Shown here: piece by piece, positions 1-8,433 of the stretch | Numbering within the stretch: the stretch's first letter is position 1 | Layout: each line of letters starts with the position of its first letter | Origin: a virus | Virus record (IMG/VR): IMGVR_UViG_3300012352_000355 | Location: 47,406-111,405 of that record | Length of the DNA stretch: 64,000 nucleotides | Reading direction: 5' to 3' (one strand) | The notes under the pieces: generated by a model | The model's input: the letters and a program-made list of their open reading frames with translations, nothing else | The model's database searches: none | What the model was told of the DNA's origin: nothing | Position numbers and translations under genes: made by a program

Positions 1-171
1 CGCCCTAACATGTACTACCAGTACATTGCAGGTTCAGTAGGATTTGGTGCTCAACAGACATCAATCGCTAACAAAGATCCTTACAGTACCTACATCATGA
101 AGGACTTCTGTGGTATCTTCTTGGAAGATCCTACCAAGACTGTAATCATTAAAGAATTCCCTCGCATCTAA
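1..171 (+). CDS. Major capsid protein, C-terminal fragment (gene starts before the window)
   Basis: Frame 1 is open from base 1 (RPNMYYQYIAGS...DFCGIFLEDPTKTVIIKEFPRI*) to TAA at 169-171. The GIxxxDPT ending, the strong hairpin after it and the downstream gene order fit a crAss-like MCP. Confidence 0.7.
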   Translation, partial: RPNMYYQYIAGSVGFGAQQTSIANKDPYSTYIMKDFCGIFLEDPTKTVIIKEFPRI

Positions 172-186
172 TTGCGAATCTATGAC

Positions 187-210
187 GGAGGGGGTTTAAT
201 ATCCCCCTCC
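187..210 (+). terminator. GC-rich hairpin after the capsid gene (terminator or mRNA-stabilising stem)
   Basis: GGAGGGGG-TTTAATAT-CCCCCTCC perfect 8-bp stem; the U-tract is weak. Confidence 0.6.
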
Positions 211-250
211 TAATTAGATAAAGTTAGAACTAAACCAAAAACCAAACCAA

Positions 251-1189
251 ATGAGTAAACAAATAGCACAGGGAGTGCGTATTATTCGTCCCTTCAAACG
301 TCAACCATCTAGCATGCGCACCTTAGAGGGTTCATTGTACCAGAATGGATACAACTTCATTCCAGGAACAGTAAGAAAATTTTTCCCACGAGTTGATTCA
401 CGTGGAGTAATTCGGACAGGATTAGACGAGAACTCTCCAAAGTTCCGTGGAATCTTCGACCTAAAAGTTAGAGAGCAAGAGATTCAAAGAGTTACCCAAC
501 TTAGAGAATACTACGAGTCTATCCTAGACGAGTCCTTGTTGCCTAACAGTACGTTCTATGACGAAATCAAAGAAAATGGCTATACTCTAGAAGATGGTGA
601 CAACCTCTTCAATATGGAGAATCCAAGAGACGCAATCAACTTCTATTGGTTAATGGAAACTGATATGGTTGCTGCTTCTATGGATGATATAGAAAGTGGT
701 AAGGTCGATACATCAATTGTAAAATTCTACGTTTACAATGGTGATGTTGAAACCAAGACAACCTTTGAGCGTAAGAAGAAGATCAACAGCGCTATTGCAT
801 CTCTTGATAAGATGACTGCAAGCAAGCGTAAGAAGGTTCAGAAACTTATCGGCTTAGGTTTGCCTATGGATGCTACAGAAGAAGAAGTTTACAATGCAGT
901 AGATGAATTCCTCCGTACACCTGCCTCTGCTCTAGATAGAGACCCTATCGAACAGTTTAACAGAATCATGGCTTACAGTGATGATTTGTTAGATGTTAAG
1001 TCTCTAGTTAGAGATCTAGTAGATAAAAACATAGTTAGAATTAAAGGTTCTATTGTATACGAAGGTGAGCATGTGTGGTCTAAGTCAATTGAAGAGTTTG
1101 AACTTTTCTTGGCAGATCCTAAGAACACTGAAGAGTACACAGCCTTTAAAGAAAAACTAAAGAACAAAGCACGAATTGACGCTCTATAA
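251..1189 (+). CDS. Conserved crAss-like protein following the MCP gene
   Basis: 312-aa ORF in the position of the conserved post-MCP gene of crAss-like capsid modules; A/C-rich leader. Confidence 0.6.
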   Translation: MSKQIAQGVRIIRPFKRQPSSMRTLEGSLYQNGYNFIPGTVRKFFPRVDSRGVIRTGLDENSPKFRGIFDLKVREQEIQRVTQLREYYESILDESLLPNSTFYDEIKENGYTLEDGDNLFNMENPRDAINFYWLMETDMVAASMDDIESGKVDTSIVKFYVYNGDVETKTTFERKKKINSAIASLDKMTASKRKKVQKLIGLGLPMDATEEEVYNAVDEFLRTPASALDRDPIEQFNRIMAYSDDLLDVKSLVRDLVDKNIVRIKGSIVYEGEHVWSKSIEEFELFLADPKNTEEYTAFKEKLKNKARIDAL

Positions 1190-1206
1190 TAAACTAAATA
1201 ACTGAT

Positions 1207-1923
1207 ATGATCCCTGTTGAGGAACTCATCTATGAGTTTAAACTAACTTTAAATAAAATCAATCGCCAGGATAACATTGATATCCCGATTGAAGATATTA
1301 TAGTTTACCTCAACAAGGCTCAGATTAGCTGGGTTAAAACAAAGATTAACCCTAACAATGTTTACAAAGTAGGGTACGATTCGATAAGGAAACGGGTTGA
1401 TGATCTTCAGGTTCTGAAGGAAAGCAATGTTCCCTTAAAGCCAATAAAAACAAACGATCTCTTTCATGTCGGATATGATTGTCCTTTGAAAGATGCAGCA
1501 AACTATATGTTCTATATTTCGTCTTATGCTATGGCTAAAAACGGCACTTGTGTTGAGCCAATAACAGTAGACTTAATTAGACATGGGGAACTTACGACTA
1601 AGTATCTAGATGCAAATTACAACCCTTCGTTTGAGTGGAGAACAACTATAGCCACACTGGGGAACGATAATTTGACTATATATACTGATAGTAAGTTTCA
1701 GATTCAAAAAGTGTTTATGACGTACTTACGTTATCCCCTCAATATAGATGTAGAGGGCTACGTTAAGTTTGACGGAACAACATCTAAGAATCAAAACTCA
1801 GAACTTCCTGAGTATGCTAAGTCAGACCTAGTCGATTTAGCTGTGAAGTTCGCTGCTCAATCTACAGATAATCAAGCTCAGGCAGTGTTTGCCGAAGATC
1901 GTTTAAACAAAAATACTGAATAA
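1207..1923 (+). CDS. Head-tail ring/adaptor protein
   Basis: 238 aa with YLNKAQ, YLRYP and ELPE motifs typical of crAss-like ring proteins; synteny. Confidence 0.65.
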   Translation: MIPVEELIYEFKLTLNKINRQDNIDIPIEDIIVYLNKAQISWVKTKINPNNVYKVGYDSIRKRVDDLQVLKESNVPLKPIKTNDLFHVGYDCPLKDAANYMFYISSYAMAKNGTCVEPITVDLIRHGELTTKYLDANYNPSFEWRTTIATLGNDNLTIYTDSKFQIQKVFMTYLRYPLNIDVEGYVKFDGTTSKNQNSELPEYAKSDLVDLAVKFAAQSTDNQAQAVFAEDRLNKNTE

Positions 1924-1934
1924 TATATAAAACT

Positions 1935-2999
1935 ATGAATCACAAGATCACACAAATCTTTGTACCTAACGCAGTATCTGCTGCTACTAGTACTTTTGCA
2001 ATGGCTGAAAAGTCTGTTGCTGCTTTTAATGCAGACTTGACTTCCAACTTGGGAGCAACTCCTGCTGTTCCTGCATCTTTCCAATTGGTTTTCGGAACAG
2101 GTACCAACAACAAATATGGTACTTTCAAAACTGGTGTTATCAAGCAAAGCAACATTTTGTCTGTAACTAAGACAAATGCTGACTTGACTGTAACTCAGCA
2201 AGTTTCTTACATTGGTTGGGATGAAGCTTCTGCTGCTACTCCTGTTTTCAAATGTGACGAAGAGTATGTTGTTACTTTGAAAATTGACGAGTACTGGAGC
2301 AAAGGCATCTATCAACCAATGATCCAAGAGTCAGTAGTAGTTAAAACTGCTTGCTGCTCTGATTGTGGTGGTGACTGCGATGCTTTGTCTGCATCTACTT
2401 ACATGACTGCTATCGTAACCAAGATCAACGCTTCTCCTTTGTTGAGCAAGTATGTAGTTGCTTCTTTGGTATCTAGCGGCTCTAACTACGGTGTTAAATT
2501 GGTAGGTAAGGCTTTGGATGAATTCGGAAACTCTTGTGTTCCTGATGCAGTTCCTTACGTATTCAACTTGGTACGTTTCAAGGCTCACGTACATGCTGGT
2601 CCTTACAACACTCAAGATTTCGATATCGAAGATTCTTGCGCTGCTTGGACTATCACTTACACTACTCCTGTTAAATACCCAGTAGGTGCTAAAGCAGCTA
2701 TGGCTGAAATGGAGCGTAACTACTTCACTAACAACTTGCCTGCTGTTGCTGAAGCTCGCTACTACTGGAACCCTATCTACAACGAGGATGCTAACAAGTT
2801 CATGTATGTTCCTACTTACACTGCCGCTACAGGTTTTGAAATGTATGAAATTACTTTCTTGGAAGATTCTCCTGTAGGTTTCGAGAAGAAGACTCAAAAC
2901 ACTCACTCAGTTATTTTGTTGAGTGAAGAAGGTGGAGCAAACGAAGCTGCCATCCGTGCTTTGATCAATGCTTTGACTGGTCAGTCTTTCGTAGACTAA
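1935..2999 (+). CDS. Abundant structural protein, probably the auxiliary capsid/decoration protein
   Basis: 354 aa, strongly biased codon usage (GCT/ACT/TTG) like the MCP fragment, CCxxCxxxC motif, followed by a terminator; synteny. Confidence 0.55.
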   Translation: MNHKITQIFVPNAVSAATSTFAMAEKSVAAFNADLTSNLGATPAVPASFQLVFGTGTNNKYGTFKTGVIKQSNILSVTKTNADLTVTQQVSYIGWDEASAATPVFKCDEEYVVTLKIDEYWSKGIYQPMIQESVVVKTACCSDCGGDCDALSASTYMTAIVTKINASPLLSKYVVASLVSSGSNYGVKLVGKALDEFGNSCVPDAVPYVFNLVRFKAHVHAGPYNTQDFDIEDSCAAWTITYTTPVKYPVGAKAAMAEMERNYFTNNLPAVAEARYYWNPIYNEDANKFMYVPTYTAATGFEMYEITFLEDSPVGFEKKTQNTHSVILLSEEGGANEAAIRALINALTGQSFVD

Positions 3000-3011
3000 T
3001 CTAAAGAATAT

Positions 3012-3039
3012 GTGGGGGATTGAGTTCCCCCACTTTTTC
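3012..3039 (+). terminator. Intrinsic terminator
   Basis: GTGGGGGA-TTGAGT-TCCCCCAC followed by TTTTT. Confidence 0.8.
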
Positions 3040-3061
3040 TAACCTATTAATTTAAATCGAA

Positions 3062-3358
3062 ATGAAAGATATCACTCTAAAACCTGGAACATTCAGTGAA
3101 CCCTTGGAAAATGCTTCTGGCAAAGGTCCTGGGAAATCACTTGTAAAATTTATCCTGAAGGTTTTGTCTAGTAGCTCTACTTGCTGCGACAAAACTTTTG
3201 CTTACGGAACAGTTAACAATTCTACCGTTACTCTTTTGTCTTACACCACTGCAGAATTGGCTGCATTGACTACTAAGCCAGAAGGTACCTTGGCATACGA
3301 TACTACTTTGAACAAAGTACACGTATACAATGGTTCTACTTGGGTAGCTCTCCACTAA
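3062..3358 (+). CDS. Small structural (head/tail fibre-type) protein
   Basis: 98 aa ending in EGTLAYDTTLNKVHVYNGSTW, a G-x-x-x-YDT...YNG-x-x-W motif of phage fibre knob modules. Confidence 0.55.
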   Translation: MKDITLKPGTFSEPLENASGKGPGKSLVKFILKVLSSSSTCCDKTFAYGTVNNSTVTLLSYTTAELAALTTKPEGTLAYDTTLNKVHVYNGSTWVALH

Positions 3359-3367
3359 TCACTAAAT

Positions 3368-3397
3368 AAAAGGGGGAGGTAATACTCCCCTCTTTTT
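3368..3397 (+). terminator. Intrinsic terminator
   Basis: GGGGAG-GTAATA-CTCCCC flanked by A and T tracts. Confidence 0.75.
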
Positions 3398-3404
3398 AAA
3401 AACT

Positions 3405-3911
3405 ATGAACGTACAACTCAACTTAGAAGCACTTAAAGCAAAGGATTGTTCTTACTTGTCAATCCTTGATACATCAGTATATCCATTAGCTCCTGATACA
3501 GCAGAGATCTCTATCTCAGTACCAGGGTATGATAATCCATTTACCTTTGATTACACTATCGGTGAGATCAATGTATTTAACTCTTACAACTTTGGATTTA
3601 CTACTTCGTCTACTACTGGCTTTACTGCTCTACCTGATGGCGTTTATACATTAACTATTACTACTTGTCCTGATACAGGAGTCAACACTCGTTATCACTT
3701 GAGGACTTGTAAAATTGATTGTCGTCTAGGCGTACAGTGGGCTAAGTATGTAGACTGCTGTGAAGATGAGAAGACACTTTATTACTTAGACAAAATTGAG
3801 TTTTTGTTGAAGGGAGCTGAGGCACATGCTGACCTTTGCAACCCTGCAAAAGCTACTGAATTATATAAGAAAGCCGATGACCTACTCAAACGAATTGAGC
3901 TTGACTGTTAA
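3405..3911 (+). CDS. Cys-rich structural protein (tail hub-like)
   Basis: 168 aa with the LPDGVYTLT motif common in crAss-like tail hub proteins; ends ELDC. Confidence 0.5.
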   Translation: MNVQLNLEALKAKDCSYLSILDTSVYPLAPDTAEISISVPGYDNPFTFDYTIGEINVFNSYNFGFTTSSTTGFTALPDGVYTLTITTCPDTGVNTRYHLRTCKIDCRLGVQWAKYVDCCEDEKTLYYLDKIEFLLKGAEAHADLCNPAKATELYKKADDLLKRIELDC

Positions 3912-4065
3912 GAAAAAACTTGCTAATGCTGCCTACAAAGAACTACAGCATATCAAGTACTTAACAAAACCCTATTACAAAAAGTCTAGAGCATTAGCAC
4001 GCTTCCTTAAGTATGCTGATTGTCTAGATTGCGACACACAAGCAACCTTGAAAATTAAACTTTAA
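3877..4065 (+). CDS. Small hypothetical protein with a C-terminal CxxC
   Basis: ATG at 3877 gives 62 aa filling the gap between 3911 and 4070; the track start at 3826 would overlap more deeply. Confidence 0.5.
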   Translation: MTYSNELSLTVKKKLANAAYKELQHIKYLTKPYYKKSRALARFLKYADCLDCDTQATLKIKL

Positions 4066-4069
4066 AACA

Positions 4070-4594
4070 ATGACTAACTGCTGCCCCAATAACAACTGCG
4101 TAGAAATCGTTCCTTCTGGGTGCGTAAAGTATACAGGTACTCCTACTACAGGAGGTCTGATTGATTCCTTTAATTCTTGTGACCCTTATCTGAATGACTT
4201 GCTTAAGTTGTTGGATGATAATGTTACTACACTTGATGCACGAGTAGGTTTAGATAAAACTACTTTTGATGCAGCTAATACTGCTTGTGGTACTACTCCA
4301 GTTATCTCAATGACAGGAGTAACAGTTAAGGATGATAAGTACTACTCTGCTGATGTAGTTATTAAGTTGGTAGGAGTTATTTGTGAATTGCGTTCTCGTC
4401 TCAACTACCTTACTACAGAAGACATTAACTCTAATCTAGGTAATCTCCACTGGGAAGACTTGCCTTTGAGTCCTTCTTTTAAAGCTTGGTTGACAGATAA
4501 ATGTCTTGGAGATGATCCATGTGGTACAGGTGCTCCTACTACATTGGGTGGATTATTGAGAGCTATCATTACTAAACTTTGTACTTGCTGCTAA
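4070..4594 (+). CDS. Cys-rich tail fibre-associated protein
   Basis: 174 aa with 12 Cys; N-terminal CxxxxxxxCVKYTG resembles the next gene. Confidence 0.55.
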   Translation: MTNCCPNNNCVEIVPSGCVKYTGTPTTGGLIDSFNSCDPYLNDLLKLLDDNVTTLDARVGLDKTTFDAANTACGTTPVISMTGVTVKDDKYYSADVVIKLVGVICELRSRLNYLTTEDINSNLGNLHWEDLPLSPSFKAWLTDKCLGDDPCGTGAPTTLGGLLRAIITKLCTCC

Positions 4595-4596
4595 TT

Positions 4597-6273
4597 ATGT
4601 CTACTTGTCTTGATTGTTTCGGAACATATACAAACACTCCCTGCGATTCAGTAGGGTGTTTGTCAACTAACTACGGTAAGTGTATCACTTACTCTGGTTT
4701 GCCCTTAGCCTGTGGAACAGGTGCTATTTCAACTGTTAGCAAAGCAGGTTTAGCTTTAAGTCCTACTGTAATAACTGAGTACACCGTTTCTCCTACAGGA
4801 GGATCAGGTTCATCTGCCTCTGTAAAAGTTACACGTACTCCTGGTTCTAACGCTTACACAGTAACTCTTCTTAACGGAGGTTCAGGTTATACAGTAGGTA
4901 ACTTCCTCACTGTATTGGGAACTTCTTTGGGTGGAGCGACTCCTGCAAATGATTTGACATTGCAAGTAACAACTCTTGCAGCTATTATCAATACTGGAGC
5001 TAACTTAGACGTTGTAGTATCAAATCTACACCAACGTATCTGTAACCTTACAGCATCAGGTTTAGATTACTCTGCATACTCATACAGTTGTTTGAGAGTA
5101 GGTGGAGCATTGACAGGTATTGGTACACCCATTACAAGTGCTCAACAATTTGTAGAATCTACTGCAAGTGCTTTGTGTTCTTTGAATACTCGTACTCTTG
5201 CTTTAGAGACTCCTACCTTTACAGTTCCTGGTTGTATCTCTTTGACTTCTGGGGTATCTACTCTTAGTCAGATCTTGACTGCATACGGATCTAAAATCTG
5301 TACTATCAATACAAGTGTTGATATGACTGGGATTTTGGGTAATCCTTGTATTGCTTTTGCATTCTCTACTAAGCCTACTTCTACTGTAGTTTCTGATTAC
5401 TTTAACTGGGTAACTAGTAACATGTGCTCAATGTACCAAGATCTTTCAAGTGACTTGGTTACTACAGGCGCAACTGTAGCTAGTTTGAAAACTTACGTAG
5501 CAGGTGTAGGATCTATTCCTGCATCTATTAATACTTCTTGTATCCCTGGTGGTTCTAGCACAAGTACTTTGAGTGCAGCAGCTATCTTGTTTACTAGTCA
5601 GATCTGTGCTATCAACACGGCATTGGCTTCTATTCCAGCTACTAACTACGCTTTGACTTGGGCTACTAACTTTGGTTCTACTGCTTACTATGGTTATACT
5701 TTTAACTATACTAACACAAGCACTACTCTTCAAACACAATTGGATCGTGTAGTAGCTACTTTGGGTAGAATGAAGCTTAAGTTGAATCCTGCTCACTTTA
5801 CTGCTACCAGTGATTCAGATGGTCTTAACATCTCTCTAGTTAGTACAGGTGGTGGCGCTACCCCAAGTTTTGTAAACTTGACAGCTGGCACTCTTACTAA
5901 CGCTGTAGTAGTCTCTTCTGCAAGATTCCCTATTGGTAGTTTGCCTAAACTTCAGAAGTATGGTAACGTTGTTACTATCATTGGAAGTTTGGCTGTAAAT
6001 GCTACTGGTTCATTTACTTGGACTCACGGACAATCTTTAACTATTGCAAACATTCCTGCAGGTTATGCACCTCTCTATACTCAAGTGTTCGATGTATTGA
6101 TTCTTAAGTATGCTACAACTTCTGGTACTCCATCTACGGCTGTATACCATGGTGCATGCTATTTGAACGGTACTGATCTTGTTGTAGAGTTGAATAACCC
6201 AGCAGCTTCAGTGACATTATCTGGTACAGAATCCCTCGAAATTTTTGTCGGAGGAAGATCGTACGCAGTTTAA
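4597..6273 (+). CDS. Tail fibre/spike protein with Cys-bounded helical repeats and a C-terminal beta domain
   Basis: ATG at 4597 just after the previous stop. Thr/Ser/Gly-rich, GGSGYTVG motif, and C-terminal KYGNVVTI...IPAGYAP typical of fibre tips. Confidence 0.65.
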   Translation: MSTCLDCFGTYTNTPCDSVGCLSTNYGKCITYSGLPLACGTGAISTVSKAGLALSPTVITEYTVSPTGGSGSSASVKVTRTPGSNAYTVTLLNGGSGYTVGNFLTVLGTSLGGATPANDLTLQVTTLAAIINTGANLDVVVSNLHQRICNLTASGLDYSAYSYSCLRVGGALTGIGTPITSAQQFVESTASALCSLNTRTLALETPTFTVPGCISLTSGVSTLSQILTAYGSKICTINTSVDMTGILGNPCIAFAFSTKPTSTVVSDYFNWVTSNMCSMYQDLSSDLVTTGATVASLKTYVAGVGSIPASINTSCIPGGSSTSTLSAAAILFTSQICAINTALASIPATNYALTWATNFGSTAYYGYTFNYTNTSTTLQTQLDRVVATLGRMKLKLNPAHFTATSDSDGLNISLVSTGGGATPSFVNLTAGTLTNAVVVSSARFPIGSLPKLQKYGNVVTIIGSLAVNATGSFTWTHGQSLTIANIPAGYAPLYTQVFDVLILKYATTSGTPSTAVYHGACYLNGTDLVVELNNPAASVTLSGTESLEIFVGGRSYAV

Positions 6274-6282
6274 TATAAACCT

Positions 6283-6352
6283 TGACAGGGTTTTTTTGGT
6301 TGGTTTTCCTGTCATCTTGCTAGTAGGAGCCTGCGAAAGTGGGCTCTTCTAG
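6283..6352 (+). other. Tandem RNA hairpins (structured 3' UTR, terminator or possible small RNA)
   Basis: TGACAGG(6283-89)/CCTGTCA(6308-14) stem with a U/G-only loop; second stem AGGAGCCTGC-GAAA-GTGGGCTCTT has a GNRA loop and three G-U pairs. Confidence 0.6.
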
Positions 6353-6366
6353 TTCTTAAATAACAC

Positions 6367-6397
6367 TTGACTTAACTTTAAAATTAAATTATATTTG
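6367..6397 (+). promoter_or_regulatory. Bacteroidota-type sigma70 promoter (-33/-7)
   Basis: TTG(6367-69)-N20-TATATTTG(6390-97), intergenic. Confidence 0.75.
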
Positions 6398-6433
6398 TAT
6401 TAGACCTTAAATTGACCCAAACTATATTCTGAC

Positions 6434-7075
6434 ATGTACACGAATTCGGATTTAATTGCCAGAGTCAAAAGCGCTAACAAGTTTGTTAGTGATGATGACA
6501 TGATTAGTGATCGTTATATATACGGGTTACTTAAGACTAAAGCTTCTACATTATTGAGAAGAGAGATCAACCTAAGAAGGTTGCTTACTTCAGATAATGT
6601 TTACCAAGCTTATGAATGCGTACACTTAATCGAAGCTCCTGGTTCAGAGTGTGATTTGAAATGCCCTATACGTAGAACTAAAAACAAACTACCTAAAATT
6701 GATGAGGGCTTGTATTCTTACTTTATCCAGGGTGTGTTCAACACTTCTAACTCGGAGGAACTTTTTCCTACTACTATTAGAGATTTTATTAATCATAGTT
6801 CTTTACGTTTTAAGACCCCTAAAAAATACTATACTATCCGCAATGGATACCTTTATGTTTTAGACCCTGATGTAGAGTGTGTGAATATGTATGCTTACTT
6901 TACAGAGTCTATTGAAGACTTAGACGGTAGTCAGTGCATGAGCATGTACGATAAACAGTTTAAGTTTCCTGGATACTTAACTGATACATTAATCGAGATG
7001 TGCAATCAGTCGCTTATCAACTATCATAAGTTACCTTATGAGACAGAGGATAACAACAGAGACGAACCCAACTAA
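6434..7075 (+). CDS. Tail ring-type structural protein
   Basis: 213 aa with ISDRYI, RTKNKLP and YLYV patterns as in crAss-like ring proteins; synteny. Confidence 0.55.
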   Translation: MYTNSDLIARVKSANKFVSDDDMISDRYIYGLLKTKASTLLRREINLRRLLTSDNVYQAYECVHLIEAPGSECDLKCPIRRTKNKLPKIDEGLYSYFIQGVFNTSNSEELFPTTIRDFINHSSLRFKTPKKYYTIRNGYLYVLDPDVECVNMYAYFTESIEDLDGSQCMSMYDKQFKFPGYLTDTLIEMCNQSLINYHKLPYETEDNNRDEPN

Positions 7076-7077
7076 TT

Positions 7078-7581
7078 ATGTCGAAAGACTTTATAAAACC
7101 AAACAAACAAACCTACGTTAGACTTAAAGAAAGAGACACTAGTTCTGATACTAATTATCTCAGTCTTAAAGCCTATCATCTGTTCTTAAAAGAAACTAAA
7201 CGTAAAGACATTACCTATAAGCAGTTTTGTGGTGTTCCTAAAAAGATCCACTTAAAACTTGTGGAGAGGTTGTTACGAGGAAGATACTCTCTGAGGTTCC
7301 CAAACTTCGGATCAATTAAAATTGTAAAAACTGAAAATGCACTTAAAGAAGGTAAACATACAATTATTAATTGGAAATACTATAAAGAAACAGGTATCAA
7401 AGTGCCTTATAGAAACTCACATACCGATGGTGCCATCTATAAGTTTCACTTGTATCCATATTCTAAACGAGTAGCACAATTTGGTTTCTATGACTTACGA
7501 ATGTCTAACAGACATAAGAAAGCCTTAGCAGACGCAATTAATAATAACAAGATAAACATTTCACCACCTCCCCAATACTAA
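7078..7581 (+). CDS. IHF/HU-like DNA-binding protein
   Basis: Basic 167 aa with LRFPNFGSIKI and INW motifs; sits before the tail tube gene as in crAss-like phages. Confidence 0.65.
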   Translation: MSKDFIKPNKQTYVRLKERDTSSDTNYLSLKAYHLFLKETKRKDITYKQFCGVPKKIHLKLVERLLRGRYSLRFPNFGSIKIVKTENALKEGKHTIINWKYYKETGIKVPYRNSHTDGAIYKFHLYPYSKRVAQFGFYDLRMSNRHKKALADAINNNKINISPPPQY

Positions 7582-7585
7582 AAAA

Positions 7586-8428
7586 ATGAAATACGATAAC
7601 ACTAACTTTATTTCTTCTGAACCTCTAGTTGCTGAAGTTAAGCAGGAGCTTAAGTCGTACTTTGAAGCTGGTGCTATCAGTGAGGTTTTGATTCCCACCA
7701 TTATAGATCAGGCACTCCGTAAACTTAGAGTTATGGTACTTAAGCCTGAAGAAGTTGTACTTACATTCTCTGGATATAAATCTGAATTACCTTGTGACTT
7801 TGCTTTACTTGATCATGCTTTGTTGTATGAAGCAGATGTAGAGTGGTATGCAGGAGTTAATTCTATGAGAGGGTACTGGTGGCAAAACCTCGAATGCACA
7901 GGAGGTTGTGATGGAGGAGATTGCGTTAAGCAAGAAAACTACTACGAGACTATCAGCGTACCTACTCCTGGATTTAAACTTACAATGAAGCACCCTAAGA
8001 TGCTTCGTGTTTACCATGGCTCTAAAGCCTTGTGTACAGAAGGGTGTGAGAACTTAAGTGTTTCCTCTCCTGATGTTTTACAAATTTTCCCGAATAAAAG
8101 CATTACTGCTACGTTTGAAACAGGCTGTGTTTACCTTAGATATTACTCACGTCCAATGGACGATGATAACTTACCTATGGTGCCAGAAATTCTTGAGGTT
8201 GAAGAGTATGTCAAGTCTTATCTTAAGTTTAAATTTTTTGAGCAGCTTTGGCATTCAGTAGTTGATGAGAGTCAGCGTCAGGTAGAAGCTAAGTTTCAGT
8301 ACTACAGACAAGATCAATTGAATAAACTACAAGCTGCTAATGGATTCTTGTTGACTTACACTAAGCAACAGATGGCAGATAACGTAGCTAGAACCAGAAC
8401 TCGCTTTAATAAGTTCTACATCTCCTAA
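7586..8428 (+). CDS. Tail tubular/ring protein
   Basis: 280 aa with ELPCDF and FETGCVYLRYYSRPMDDDNLPMVP motifs; directly upstream of the muzzle gene. Confidence 0.7.
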   Translation: MKYDNTNFISSEPLVAEVKQELKSYFEAGAISEVLIPTIIDQALRKLRVMVLKPEEVVLTFSGYKSELPCDFALLDHALLYEADVEWYAGVNSMRGYWWQNLECTGGCDGGDCVKQENYYETISVPTPGFKLTMKHPKMLRVYHGSKALCTEGCENLSVSSPDVLQIFPNKSITATFETGCVYLRYYSRPMDDDNLPMVPEILEVEEYVKSYLKFKFFEQLWHSVVDESQRQVEAKFQYYRQDQLNKLQAANGFLLTYTKQQMADNVARTRTRFNKFYIS

Positions 8429-8433
8429 TTTTA

